A program made the translations under genes and the position numbers. The notes below the pieces were generated by a model. The model was given only the letters and a program-made list of their open reading frames with translations. It made no database searches and was not told the DNA's origin. Below are positions 39,566 to 53,769 of a DNA stretch of 64,000 bases, piece after piece. The number at the start of each line of letters is the position of its first letter. Within the stretch, counting starts at the first letter, position 1. Source of the stretch: Eledone cirrhosa (lineage: Eukaryota); NCBI GenBank assembly GCA_964016885.1, contig OZ024743.1:342922001-342986000 (forward strand), given 5' to 3'.

Positions 39566-40458
39566 TCTATATATATAAAACTGTGGTTGTCTGTCTGTCT
39601 ATCGATTTTTGGCACACATCTCCTCTTAGAATCTCTCACGGAATTGCACCGAAATTGCTAGACTTGTACATTGGGCCCTAGCGAAGACATCGGAAAAAAA
39701 AAATTTCAAATTGACCCACCCTATGTGACGAAATCGAATATAATGTATCGATTTTTGAGCGTAAGTGATCAGTTATTTCCCTTTGTTCTGTTTACATTGA
39801 GCGTCTGCGTGCAAAAATTAAAAAAATTACGCTGGCTTTCTCAGCGTTTAAAATGACATTAACACAATACACGATTTAAAGACTACGTAAAACAAGCCTT
39901 TTAAAACAATATTTTTACTTGAAAACAAGTCTATTTAAAAACTACTTAAAACAAGCAAATATTTCGTAAAAAAAAGCAAAAATTATATAAGTTTATATAA
40001 AATATATGTATCTGTAAATTTCGTTAGGCGTGCAGACAGACAGTCGTGCAGAGAGGTGATATAGGCGTGCAGACAGACAGTCGTGCAGAGAGGTGATATA
40101 GGCGTGCAGACAGACAGTCGTGCAGAGAGGTGATATAGGCGTGCAGACAGACATAACTGATAATTTGGTTACGCTAATGTTTTTCTCTGCGTTGCAGTGT
40201 TTACATTTTCGATCTTTGTTAATAAATAACCAGTGCAGTTTTTATCCCCAGCATCCTCTTTTGTTATAACATTCGGGTTATCGTTATGTTTTCTTAACTT
40301 CATAAGGCATATTGTTGGTTGAGGGAATATTAATCAAAAACACCACATGCAAGTCTGCACAGTAGACACTACAGTTTTTAAGCCAAAAAAGAAACTTAAC
40401 ATTGTAACTTTAACACAGCTACTGAGCGACCCCGAGCAACGCCGGGCTTTACTGCTAG
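39566..40458 (+). mobile_element. Non-autonomous Helitron-like element with an internal 37-bp minisatellite
   Basis: A|TCTATATATATAAAA 5' end; subterminal hairpin CCCGAGCAACGCCGGG; CTAG|T 3' end; 37-bp unit at 40025, 40062, 40099 and 40136. Confidence 0.75.
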
Positions 40459-40679
40459 TACTTTATAAAATTATGACGAGTAGGAACATTATTCAAATTA
40501 CCATTCCTTTTATTCTTATTTCTAGAATAAAATGACATAAAAAATAATAAAGAATTTAATATTTAGTGAAACAGAGAAAAATAAAGTAGCATTGGAAAGG
40601 ACTAAAAATGTTACAAATGGGAGGAAAGGGGGGGGGGGCAAGGATTATTAAGCGTCGAAAGAAAGGGGGAGGAGGTGAC

Positions 40680-41890
40680 AGGCTCTACGCCTAAGTCAGA
40701 GTGGTGTTTCGGCTGCGCTCTGCGGACAAAATAACAAAGGCATTGCCGGAGACAGTGGTCAGCGATACCGACTGCAAGAACAATCCCATCTCGCGGGGTT
40801 GCTTTCTCAGACGGGCTACTGTTATTCCAATTTTACCGAGGAGGTCAGCTGTAATGAGTTCGAGGACACCTGAGGTCTCGACCATGCAAAGAAGAAGCAG
40901 CCGGACAAGCCTTGGTATTTGCTTATCTTTCTCTCCTCTGCATTGCGGGCCGCGATACCGAGGTTTGTGGCCGAAGCGACTAGGTTGGAGGCGAAGAAAG
41001 TGTCGCAGTATGTCACGTCCCAGAGATTTAACTCCCTCGAATGGGAAGGGAATAATTCCGTCGGGGCGCTTCCCCTCTCCAGGATCGAGGCCTGGTGACT
41101 CCAGTTGTGACGGGAAACCGGCTGCGTCCTGGTTTCTTCTCATTATGTCGTTCAGAGGGCGGTGGATTGGTAGTATCGGTAGAGGGTCGGACGCCATGCT
41201 TTCCAGCATAGTTACGTCCCTTTACGATCTGAGTTCAAATCCCGCCGAGGTTGACTTTGCCTTTCATCCTTACGGGGTCGATAAAATAAAGTACCAGTAA
41301 GGCACTGGGCAATTGCTGGCCTTGTGCCTAAAGTAGAAACAATTATATCGTTCAGAGTGGCATTTCATGGGAACAGCCTGAGTTTTGGCGGCATGATTCT
41401 GGGTGCAAGCCGAATTCGTCGGTGACAGCTCCACAACGGCATTTGATGGGTCACACACGTGGAGGTCGAGGCGTTGGGCCACTCCGATTCGATTGCACTC
41501 GTCATCAAGGAGGCTACTAGTTAAGGAAGGCACCGAATTGAGCTACGCGCCGCTGTTTGGCTAGGAAGAGGAACGGAGGCTGGGGAGACAGTCTTGATCC
41601 AAGCGAGACTTGATCCGTCTGAAGGTAGGTGTGCACTTGATATCGTCCCAGTTACGTTGGACATTTGTATACTGGAGGACGGAAAAGCCTTCGACGGTCC
41701 AGTCGACCAGAACTCACTCCAGTTCTTGAGCCAGATTCTGCCGTCTTGCTGAAGACCTCGCTGATGAGAATGCGACTGGAGGAAATTGAGGAGAAGTAGG
41801 CCGGCTGTGCCAGATCCGATGCAGATCGGAGGCCGAAGCCACTTAACTTTATGGGCGAGCTTCGCATATTGCTAGCCGGTGCTGTCGAAA
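40680..41890 (-). pseudogene. CRE-clade RLE LINE 3' fragment
   Basis: GFGLRSASDLAQPAYFSS, GKRPDG, AARNAEERKISKY, VETSGV and FLQSVSL...GNA motifs; interrupted by a SINE. Confidence 0.75.
41158..41341 (+). mobile_element. tRNA-derived SINE with 16-bp TSD
   Basis: TSD ATTATRTCGTTCAGAG at 41142-41157 and 41342-41357. Confidence 0.88.
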
Positions 41891-42780
41891 CTAACATTGC
41901 AGATGAGTTCCATATAGATATTTTGTCGAAGTTGTGGATCTTATAAACATTAATCATTGTATAAAGAAGAGAGAGACTGACGATTAATTTCCATATCCCA
42001 TATCTGATCAGCAATCTTTCCTCGATTGACTATCAAATGCAAACATTTATCGTAAACACACTCCATTCTTATGACATGTGAAAATGTTGTCACCAATTGT
42101 CTCTTGATATCGTCAATTTTATCCGTAAACAGCTTCAGATCATCAATAAAAGAAAGGTGTCGGTGAGAAGCTCAACATCTATATATATCCCAAATCTTGA
42201 CTTGGTGAGAGGTATAAGCTAGACCGACTAAAATCAGTCAGTTTTACTCATACAATGTCCCCAACCATGGTTTCTGGAATTAAGAAACAATTATTCCAAA
42301 ACAGTGTAACAACCAATATTGGAAGAATTTATTCCGTCTTCCGGTGGAAAATTCTTTGGAACTAGAGTAAATATTGAATATATAGTTAACATTGTTTCTT
42401 AATTCCAGAAACTATGGTTGGGAGACTATATGAGTAAAACTGACTTATTTTAGTCGGTCTAGCGTTTAACCCCACAAACCTAGATTTTGGCTTAAGTTTA
42501 ATATGTTTATATATATATATATATATATGTAAACATATTAAACTTAAGCCAAAATCTAGTTTTGATATGAAATCGTGTGTTGAAACAAATATTGTTTTAT
42601 TTGCGGAAGGTCATATAGTTATAATATTTCCAGAAATAATAAAATACACTCACTGTTTGGTTTGGATTGGTTTTCGCTTCTGTATCTTTTATATCTCCAT
42701 AGTTAATTTATCTGGCAATCAATGTTTATCATTGATTGACCAACGGTTAAAAATACAGATATAAATATATATATATAGTC

Positions 42781-42824
42781 TATCAAAGTTCTTTCGTCAC
42801 ATATCTGTGACATCATCAGTGGTA
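42781..42824 (-). ncRNA. Minimal hammerhead in a diverged PLE pLTR subfamily (~42560-43200)
   Basis: Minus strand: TACCA CTGATGA T GTCACA GATA TGTGAC GAAA GAAC TT TGATA; same stem II as 17760. Confidence 0.7.
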
Positions 42825-43396
42825 CTATTATATTTCCTCCCGTTGTATTGTAATGTCTACGTCATTTTTATTTTATTTATTTATTTATTCTTGTCTTTGT
42901 TTCTGTTTGCGCATGCGTTTTCTTGTGTTTTCTGTTTGGTGGGTGTGTTCATGTGTTTTTGTATTCTATCTTTGTTCACTAGTGTTTGTTTGTGTGTGTT
43001 TGTTGTTATTGTACTTATTTGTTTGTTGTTATTGTATATATTTATTTATTTATATTTCCCTTAAGTCACTATTGTGTGTTTGTGTATGGTGGTTGTTGTT
43101 ATTCCATTCGTTTTTGTTTTTTTGTTTTTTTTTGTCTTTTTTTTCAACTTTCGTTTTCTTAGTTCTATTTCAGTTGCTTCACTGATTTGCCTACCTGTTG
43201 AGTCATCTCTGTTTAGATATTATTTTATATATACACATAAATATATATATCTATTTATATATATATATTGTTATACTTTGGGAGGGTCATGTTGACAATA
43301 ATTCAGAAACGATATATATATATATATATACACACATATATATACATACATATATACATATATGTATGTATATACACACACATATATATATATATA

Positions 43397-43495
43397 CAGG
43401 GTGAACAAAAATAATGCATACACACTGATTACCTGTACAGGCGATATATATTAGAATGCTGTTGAAGTATGTATATATATTTTAGGGACACCCTG
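43397..43495. mobile_element. Tc1/mariner-type MITE
   Basis: TA|CAGGGTG ... CACCCTG|TA. Confidence 0.55.
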
Positions 43496-43757
43496 TATAT
43501 ATATACACACACACACATTCATACACACACAGACACACATATATATATATAGTGAGAGAGAGGGGGAGAGATGGGGAGAGAGTGGGGGAGTACATGAATT
43601 ATATAAATGTATTTATGTATATTTATCTACAAATACATACATGCATACATACATACATACACACATACGTACATACATACATACATACATACATACATAC
43701 ATACATACATACATACATACATACATACATACATACATACATACATACATACATACA

Positions 43758-44087
43758 TGGTGGCTGCCAACTCGTTTTCGAATACGGCCACTACTTTATA
43801 TCCATGTAGGAGAACCCCTACCGATGCGCTGAACGAGTGTGACTTTTTAGTCCAGCCAGCGACTTGAAAACTCTGGTTGGTACAAACACTACACTTGTGA
43901 CAATTATTGACACATAGTGCTGGGCCCATGGTACCAGTTGACGACAAGTGCAGAGAGATATAAAGCAATGCCTGTGCCGTGAAGCTTTTATAGTGAGCAA
44001 AGGCACTGCACAAAGCCAGTCCCACTCTCTTAACCAAGATGATATTTACAAAAAAGAAGAACAAGTCAACATCATTGGATACCATCA
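43758..44087. mobile_element. ~330-bp structured non-coding element (copy 2), (CATA)n on both sides
   Basis: Matches 19137-19470. Confidence 0.75.
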
Positions 44088-44233
44088 TACATACATACAT
44101 ACATACATGCATACATGCATACATACGTACGTACATACATACATACATACATACATACATACATACATACATACATACATACATACATACATACATACAT
44201 ACATACATACATACATACATACATACATACATA

Positions 44234-46857
44234 AGAAAACACCAGGAAGAGACATGATTATCGGCTACTGGTACAAAAAACTAATATTCTATCGGAGGTA
44301 TCTTACTGACCTCTACCAACAAGTTCTTAAGGGAGATACACTTATACCAGAATGGTTGACATGAGCACAAACGTTACTGGTCCCCAAGAACAAAGACAAC
44401 TACTTGGCAAAAAACTACCGACCCATTGCATGCCAGAACCTGATGTATAAGATGTATACAGCCTGCCTGAACCTATTCCTCCAAGATCACTGTGAAAATA
44501 ATTGTTTCTACTTTAGGCACAAGGCCAGCAAATACCCAGTGCATTACTGGTACTTTATTTTATCGACCCCGTAAGGATGATAGGCAAAGTAAACCTCGGC
44601 GTGAAAATAATAACATCATCACATATGAACAAGCAGCTGGAAAGAAAAGGGTTTGGGGATGTGCTGAACAACTCCTAATCAACAAAACTGCGATGTCGGG
44701 GGTGCGACAACTTAGGAGGAATATGACTACAGTCTGGCTGGACTACAAGAAAGCTTTCGATTCTGTTCCCCACTCTTGGATGATAGAGGCCCTCCAACTT
44801 GCTAAAGTCCCAGACATTATTGTCAGAGCCATAGAGAGGCTGTCTTCTTCTTGGGCTACTATCCTAAGGTTAAAGACAGAGAGGGAGGACTCTATTTTCA
44901 CTGATAAAATAAAATATTTCAGGGGTATATTTCAGGAGGACAGTCTCTCTGTGATATTGTTCATCTTGTCATTAAACCCCTTGTCCTTTCTGCTCAAGAA
45001 GTGTGAGGGATACATCATTGGCACACAGGAGGACAGAAATACTAACCTAACCCATAACTTCTTTGTGGACGATCTGAAACTCTATGCCAAGAACATGGAT
45101 GGGATGAAGAAAAATCTTGACCTGGTTACAACGTTCTCAAAGGATATAGGAATGGAGTTTGGCCAAGATAAATGCTCATACATGACTGTAAAGCGGGGAA
45201 AAACAATAACCCAATCTAGCAACATTGTCATCAATGGTCTAAATGTTTCACCGATATCTGATGAGGACTACTACAGATACCTGGGGATAGATGAGAACAT
45301 ATCCTATAATGGTATCTGTAATAAAGAACGCGTAACCAGGGAATACTACACCCGATTAAGAAAGATCTGGTCATCGGAACTCTCTGCGCAAAACAAAACA
45401 GTGGCTCACAATGTGTTTGCTGTGCCTGTCCTAACACCAACGTTTGGAATACTCATTTGGACGATAGACGAAATCCGAGCAGTTGATGTTGGAACTCGAG
45501 AAATACTGAACAACACCGGAAACTTCCACATCAACAGTGACATAGACCGCCTTTACTTGAAACGTAAGCAGGGAGGCAGAGGCCTAACATCAGTTCAGAC
45601 AACATTTGAATGTCGCATCATATCTCTCCGACAACATCTACGAACCTCGAAGCGTAGGAGCCCGCTTCTCGAGCAAGTCTATCTGCATGAAACAGATAAG
45701 ATCATGAGAGTTGGGAAGGAACTCCTTGAGAGATATTCCCTGTGTTATAATCAAAAACTCACACCCAGGGATGTCGCTCAGCAGTATCGCAGTGAATCCA
45801 TGGATGAAAAACTGCATGCCTATCAGCAAAAAATCATGCATGGATATGTTGCCAGGAAGCTCCAGAGTGAGAGTAATATAGATAAGGAAAGTAGTCTATC
45901 TTGGACCAACAACCGCTATATTGGCTCCCACTTTGAAGGATACGCTTTTGCAATCCAAGAACAGGAGATTAGCACGAAATACCTGATTCACAAAAGAGAT
46001 AGGGATGCAGGCAAAACACCTAGATGTGATAACAAGTGCAGACTCTGCAGAACTAACATCGAGGATATCACCCATGTCATCAGCAGCTGCCCAAAGATGT
46101 CATCGCGGTACTATCTACCTATGAGGCATGATGTAGTGGCCAAAACACTGTACAATGCAGTTCGTAAAAAAGATAGCCCCGATAATAAACACATTAAAAG
46201 CTACAACAATGTGGAAGACATCTATGTACATAATATGAAAGAGTACTGGTGGAATGTTCCAGTAAAAACCCAATAAAATGCAGGCATAACAGACCAGATA
46301 TTATGATATGGGACAGGGAGAAGAAAACATGCACAGTAGTGGAAATTAGCTGCCCAGCAGATGCCAATATAATATCAAAGATTAGTGAAAAGGAGAATAT
46401 TTATGCAGAACTGATGACAAATCTGCAGATACTCAACCCTGATTACACCTTCAGATTTATGCCTGTGATTATTAGGGCACTGGTGTATGTTAGTAACTGC
46501 CTCAATACAAATCTTGAGAAGCTAGGCTTCACAGGAACAGAAAGAACACAACTAGTTAGGAAACTACAAGTACAATCCATTAATGAAACAGTAAAAATAT
46601 GTAAAACATTCCAAAAATGTTGCATCTAATAACTGCATATACACATGTACAGATACAAAGCATATACACATGCACACATACAACTCAAAACATACACATC
46701 CACACATACAATAACATCCATATCTACACGTGCATGCATACATACATATCTACCTAGTTGATGTTGTGTAAATTCCATTGAGAGAGTCTTGTGTCTATGT
46801 TAGAAACCGACTTTCTCTCTATTGGTAAAACTTTGTGAAACTATAAAACCAGAAGAA
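44234..46857 (+). mobile_element. R4-like RLE LINE family B1, 5'-truncated, between (CATA)n arrays
   Basis: NYRPIACQN, WLDYKKAFDSVPH, HNFFVDDLKLY, CRLC..HVISSC, RHD, RPDIMIWD..VEISCP; frameshift at ~46270. Confidence 0.9.
44503..44600 (-). mobile_element. Truncated SINE inserted in LINE B1 with an 11-bp TSD
   Basis: TSD GTGAAAATAAT at 44492-44502 and 44601-44611. Confidence 0.85.
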
Positions 46858-46916
46858 CATACATACATACATACATACATACATACATACATACATACAT
46901 ACATACATACATACAT

Positions 46917-49900
46917 AGTGAGTGATACTACAAATACAGCCCTTGTAGATAACCACCCCACCTCCACTGACAGACAAAGAGAATGGCCAGCTAAATCTAA
47001 CAGTGAACAGCTCACCAACAGTTTTGCTGAAATCCATCCCACATCCACTGAAGAACAGCGGAATGGTCAGCTAACTCTAGTAGTAATTGTCACCACATCA
47101 ACAACGAGGCTGAAATTCATGACTCTACTGTACAAACAGATCACCAAAAACTTGTGGACACCTTACAAGTGATATGGGACGATATGTTTCAAGAGATACA
47201 CAGCCTTAATGTGACTGACAGACCATGCAACACCAGAATCAGTAAAGAACCCACTAAATTGGAATTGGAAGCGGTGAACGAAATAGCTGAAAATTATCTG
47301 AAGGCTATACGATCTAAAGGTGTAGAAACAACATTTGAAACGCTTAATATTTTGTTATATGTTTAAGCTGTCACATTGCTATCACATAACAAACATCTAA
47401 AACCACGCAATCAAGATACAAACAAAAAGTCTGAACCAGCCTGGATGCGAAATTTAAAAACCAAAATTTTGTCCCTGAGATGAAGTATCTCACACATCGC
47501 AGTCGTTATGAAATGCAACATAGAGAGCATCTTCACACGACACCAGGAAAACCTAAAAAAAAAGTTAGAGAGACGATTTGGAGATACAAAATTTAAAACT
47601 TTAAACCCCAAATTATACCAGTTGAAACAACAACTCACAGCTACAACAGAAATACTAACATATAAGTCAACAGCACATAAACGACAAGTGCTAAATAGAT
47701 TGTTTGCCAGAGATTCTAAATCAGTTTATCGCAGCTTCGGTGGCAAAAGCTCAATCTCTGTAAATGACACCCCTTCAAAAGAACAGGTTGAGAGCTACTG
47801 GAGATCTGTATGGGAAACGGATGACGGATTCAACAGACTAACTAATTGGCTAAAAGAACTGGAACAGGACTACTGCCAACATGTCCAGACAAAACAATAT
47901 GACATAGATGGGTCAATACTGGAAAAGGCTCTACAGAAAATGTCGAATAGGAAATCACTAGGCCCAGACCTCATTACAGGATACTGGTTGAAGAATTTCA
48001 CTTTCTATCGGCAAGATATCATACGGCTGCTTACAGAAACCATTAAAGGCACACAAGAACTGCCCAGATGGTTATCAACTGCCACTACTCTCCTCATTCC
48101 CCAAAATAGCCAAACCACCCTTGCTAAAAATTACCGCCCAATAGCCTGCCAAAACATCATGTATAAATTATATACTGGGTGCCTTAACCTGTTCTTACAG
48201 GATCACTGTGCTACCAACAACATCATAACACCTGAGCAAGCTGGTGGAAAGAGGGAGGGGTGAGGTTGCATAGATCACCTACTAACTAATAAAATTATTC
48301 AAGAAAAAACAACAAAGAATCGCAGAAACATGACTGTCGTGTGGCTGGACTATCAAAAAGCATTTGATAGTGTACCTCATGGGTGGATTGTTAAGGCTTT
48401 ACAGTTTGTCAAAGTACCACAACCACTGGTAGCTGCAGTTGAACGTCTGACCAAGAACTGGTATACCAATTTGATCCTTAGAGATGAGAAGGAGCAAGTT
48501 AAGACTGATAAGATACATTACCAGAAGGGCATCTTTCAGGGTGATAGTTTGTCAGTGCTACTCTTCGTTCTCTCACTGAATCCACTATCTTACCTACTCA
48601 GGAAACAAGGTGGACAAAGAAGTGAGTCCAGAAGTATCTCCCATCTTTTCGACCTGAAGTTGTATGGGCCAAATATCAATGAGATCAAGAAACAACTGGA
48701 CCTCATTACACAATTTTCAACAGACATCAAAATGAAATTTGGTGAGTCCAAGTGTGCATATTTGGCAGTAAAACGTGGAAGAGCTGTGCCCTCCTCTAGA
48801 AATCTAGAGATGAACGGTCTGACAATACAACCTCTACAGTCAGGTGACAACTACAGATATCTTGGACGGGATGAGAATGTCAGATATGATGGACCCATAA
48901 ATAAGGAGAGAACCAGAACTAAATACCTCAGAAGAGTAAAGAAAATATGGTCATCAGAACTGTCTGCGTACAACAAATACATTGCCCACAATACTTATGC
49001 TGTGCCAATTCTAACGACAACATTTGGCCTGCTGAACTGGTCGTTGCAACAACTAAGTGAGATGGATGTTAGAACTCGCAAACTTCTCAGTGTTACTGGG
49101 AACTTTAACAACAATGGTGATGCGGATAGGCTATACTTCTCACGCAGGGAAGGTGGCCGGGTCTAAAATCCATATTAACATCATATGAGACCCGGATAGT
49201 AACACTGAAGCAACATCTTCAACAGAGGAAAAAGGTTGGCAACCATCTTGCCCAGGTTTATGAGCATGAAAAAAAAATATCATTAGGATAGCCACTGATC
49301 TGGAGGAGATATATGGAATAAAGCCTGATATAAATCTCTCACCCAGAGAAATCGGAAGATCCTATTCAATGTTCAAACAAGATGAAAAAATTGACCAATT
49401 TACAGAAAAAGTTGTGCATGGATACTTGAGACGTAAAACACAGACCATAGAGGGGATAAACCACTCAAAATGCCTGGCATGGAGTTCCGACAGGTGTATG
49501 ACATCACACCTTGAGGGATATCTCTATGCAATACAGGAACAAGAACTCCCTACCAAATATCTGCTGCACAAAAGGGGAGGGCCATCAGCTGACAATAAAT
49601 GTAAGCTATGTAAAACAAAGATCGAGGATGTAAGCCACATTGTTGCCAGCTGCGAAAGAATGTCATCTCGCTACTACCTCCCCATGAGACACGATGGGAT
49701 AGCTAGAACCATCTGGAATGCACTTCGGAAAAAAAATTAACAACAAACGAGGAAGAATATATTGAGACAGATGGCACTAAGGAATACTGGTGAACCTGAA
49801 ATAAAAACTGCCACCAAATTAAAGCACAACCGGTCTGATATTGTTGTTTGGACCACACATTGAAAAACGTGTTCTGTTGTGGAGACCCAGCTGCCCACTT

Positions 49901-50241
49901 GATGTAGACGTTGTCAGAAAAATACAGGCGAAGGAGGACATCTACGGACCATTGATGAGGAGTTTACAAATCCAGTATCCAAGACACATCTTTAGCTTCA
50001 TACCATCATTATTGGAGCCACGGGCTATATACCACCTGCTTGACAAAGTATGACTGAACTTGGATTTGCGGACAAAGAGCGCAGCTCCCTAATTCATAGT
50101 CTACAATGCTGCGATAGCTGCACCTTCAAATTTGCAAAACATTCTTGCGATTCAAGGATGACAATTTCTTTTCTTTCACAACCTTGCACCAGGAAGGTGG
50201 CCGGTCAAATAAATATACTCGAAATTAAGAAAAAGAGATAA
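46917..50241 (+). mobile_element. R4-like RLE LINE family B2, degenerate, between (CATA)n arrays
   Basis: GPDLITGYWLK, NYRPIACQN, WLDYQKAFDSVPH, GIFQGDSLS, CKLC..HIVASC, RHD; many stops and frameshifts; 3' UTR differs from B1. Confidence 0.9.
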
Positions 50242-50642
50242 CATACATACATACATACATACATACATACAACATACATACATACATACATACATACATA
50301 CATACATACATACATACATACATTACCGAGTGTCATCATATATTTGATCACTTAAAGCACTTTAGTTGACACCTTGGTTTCAACAAAGAATCCTCACCAA
50401 GTAAATGACAAATATTAAGAAAAAGCTATTCAATTGTTGTAGCCAATGGGAGAGTGTCACAGAAATGTATTATTCAAAATGTTTAGTGAATTAGGTTGGA
50501 ATGTGTACCGAGAATATGTCAGTGCTAAGCAATGTAATGTCCAAGTGAGATTTGCTCAGTAGATATTTTCTTCGACTATTTGAAGGATACTTCTAAGTGG
50601 TCACTCGACTATTAAGAAATAGCAGTCAAAATTTCATTCAAA

Positions 50643-50980
50643 TTTCTTCTTCTTCTTCTTCTTCTTCTTCTTCTTCTTCTTCTTGTCAGAAGCAACCGTC
50701 TCCACCTGATCCGGCTGGACCCCCAAGCAAGACCTGCCACGCCCATGGATGTTATTCAACCATCTTACTCGGTTAGTTTTTCCCGTAAAATCTGTCCAGG
50801 AATTCTTTCCTGAGATATTCTAACCACATGCCCATAGTATTGGAAACTGTGATCTCTCAATTCGGAAAAGTAGAGGCTCTACCTGGAGTGACTCTTTGCT
50901 CTCCTAACTACGCATTTTATCGAGTAAACGTTATTTCCAAAGACCCTTCGGAGGAACCCCATTTTGGCCGCTTCAATTAC
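50643..50980 (-). mobile_element. Degenerate RTE-like LINE 3' end with a (GAA)n tail
   Basis: (TTC)n followed by antisense remnants of GHV.R..GK..R.RW-type sequence. Confidence 0.45.
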
Positions 50981-51132
50981 ATCCTATCTTTTTAGAAAAA
51001 AAAATTGAAATAATACTTTAAATCATGTGGTTCCAAATACGACCTAAGAAATGAGAAGGTCTCTCGGCTGATCATAGTTTCAGCATTGTTCTGCTCTATC
51101 GTGTAATAATGCATTTGCGCTTCTCTCTCCCG

Positions 51133-51182
<50 letters not shown>

Positions 51183-51356
51183 ATATATATATATATATAT
51201 CGTATTTGCCGATATGTGTTGACATGAATGAGTTCATGTAAAACATATTTTAAAGCACTGGAAGTGCCGTCGAGTAAAGAATTAAACACACAACACATAC
51301 ACACACACAGACACACACAGACACCTCCCCCCCCCACACACACACACGCACACGCG

Positions 51357-51411
<55 letters not shown>

Positions 51412-51795
51412 TCCTTGAACCACCTAATAGAATATTAGTCTACGATTTCATTTATACATAAAACGTGGTTTTGTCTTTGCGTGTAATTGTTTTCACTGCT
51501 CCGAATAATGGACGTATTATCTTCGTTTTTTTCCCGTTCTTTGCAGGAATGTTATCCACGAACCAAAGTATCGTCTTCCTGTCTTCCTCCGGTTGCAACG
51601 TTTTTTGAAATATTTACTTCTGCGTCACAGATTTTAATAAATATATATATATATATGATATATATATATTATATATATATATATTTAATTAGAAAGTGAA
51701 CAACACGAAATATAACTACTCCATTACCAAAGGTTTCTGGATCACAGCCGATAATAATATAGATGCCTGGATCGGTCTTCAGATAGAGATGTTAT

Positions 51796-51865
51796 AACAT
51801 CTATATCTGACGACCGATCCAAGACTTATATGTTAATGCATACGATTGAAACACGTGTAAATGTT
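51796..51865 (+). ncRNA. Degenerate hammerhead overlapping a ~54-bp palindrome
   Basis: CTGACGA ..GATC/GATT.. GAAA CACGTG TA; palindrome centred at ~51795. Confidence 0.45.
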
Positions 51866-51919
51866 CCGCAATAAAAGTTACTCCCACTCATCTGGATTAT
51901 GGTGTTTTTAATATTTTTG

Positions 51920-51972
<53 letters not shown>

Positions 51973-51979
<7 letters not shown>

Positions 51980-53081
51980 TAAAGTTGAGTGTCGTGTGTA
52001 TGTATTATGTATGTATGTAACCTACACACACCCCTATAGTTTCTTAGCTTTACTCACTCGTCGCCCTTCCTTCTCTCTATAATATATCATTCCCCCTCTC
52101 TATAATTTAACTGCTTTACTCTCTCTGTCGCTCTTCACTCTCAAATATTATAAAGCTGAGCGTCGTCTCTCTCTCTCTCTCTCCCTCTTTCATCCTCTCT
52201 ATAATTTAACCTGCTTTACTCTCTGTCTCTCTTCACTCTCCATATGACATACTCTTTGACTTTCCGTAGAGATGAGCGTCGTATGTAAATTTGGTCAACA
52301 CGTATGTATCCTACACACCTCCCTAGTTTCTTAGCTTTACTCTCTCCGTCGCTCATCCCTCTCTCTTAATAGATAATTCCCCCTCTCTATAATTTAACTG
52401 CTTTACTCTCTCTGTTGTCTTCACTCTCTAATATTAAAAAGCTGAGCGTCTTCTCTCTCTCACTCCCACTCCCTCTTTCACCCTTTCTATAATTTAACTG
52501 CTTTACTCTCTGTCTCTATCACTCTCTATATGACAACACTCTTTTACTTTCCGGAGCGTCGTATGTATGTTTATTTCAAAAGGATAACCTCCTTCAAATT
52601 CGGTCAACACACAAGCAGGTAATACATACATCAAAGGCAACCCTCTTAGAGAGACAGGGAGTAAAAGCGACAGATTAGGAAAACTACACACACACACATC
52701 TAAAGAGAGGAGGGGGAGAGAGGAGAGAGAGAGAGATAGAGGGGAGGAGAAACAGAGGGACGGGCAAGCAGGTAATACATACATCTAAAATCATTTGGAT
52801 AGACAGAACGAAAATACAGACAAAATATAATAATGTATGTATCCCACACACTTTTTGGCAAAACCAGAAGAAAAAATTAGAGTACATCAGCACAGTCTGA
52901 GGACGATCGTGAACGTCGCCTTCAGCAGATGAGGACGCATACAAGAGCCAGTCGAGTAGTCGAGTCTCAGTTTCCGTATCTCCTTCTTTCCAATGACGTT
53001 AAATCAAGTATCGGCATTAAATAATGATCAAATGTAGCGGTGTGATTGAATTATCTGTCGTCGCTCGCATAAGTAATACAC

Positions 53082-53153
<72 letters not shown>

Positions 53154-53461
53154 AATACACATACTTTCACACCTGATTTCGCCAATTGCCGGATAACATG
53201 AAAACAAAACACACAGACACACACATGCATATACACACATACATAAACACTCATACACATACACAAACCCACACACACATATCTATACTTATAAAGCTAC
53301 ACACCTCCCTATAGCTTCTTAGCTTTACTCTCTCCGTCGCTCTTCCCTCTCTCGATAATAGATCATTGCCCCTCTCTATTATTTAACTGCCTTTACTCTC
53401 TCTGTCGCTCTTCACTCTCTATATGACAACACTGTTTTAGTTTCTGTATCTCCTTCAATAT

Positions 53462-53511
<50 letters not shown>

Positions 53512-53769
53512 AGAGAGAGAGAAAGAGAGAGATTTAGAGAAAGATTAGGAAAACTACACACACATATTACAGAGAGAGACAGAAAAACAGAGGGAGGGGA
53601 AAGAGAGAGATAGGCCGTTAGACAGAGAGAGGTACAATTAAAGTGTTAGTTATTCAGAGAGAGAGAGAGAGTCGGAGGACAATGTGACACGGGAGGGTGT
53701 GTGGTATCTTTGCAATGGAGTGGTGGGGGCAGGTATACCTAGCCGGGCGCCAGCCGGACGGCCAACTAG
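51973..53769 (+). mobile_element. Helitron-like non-autonomous element(s) with tandemly duplicated CT-rich internal units
   Basis: A|TCTATACTTATAAAG at 53281; hairpin CCGGGCGCCAGCCGG then CTAG|T at 53766-53770; internal unit repeated at 51973-52560. Confidence 0.55.

Noticed and set aside
40025-40153. 37-bp repeats resembling a CRISPR array
   Set aside because: Contiguous identical units with no spacers; eukaryotic Helitron-internal minisatellite.
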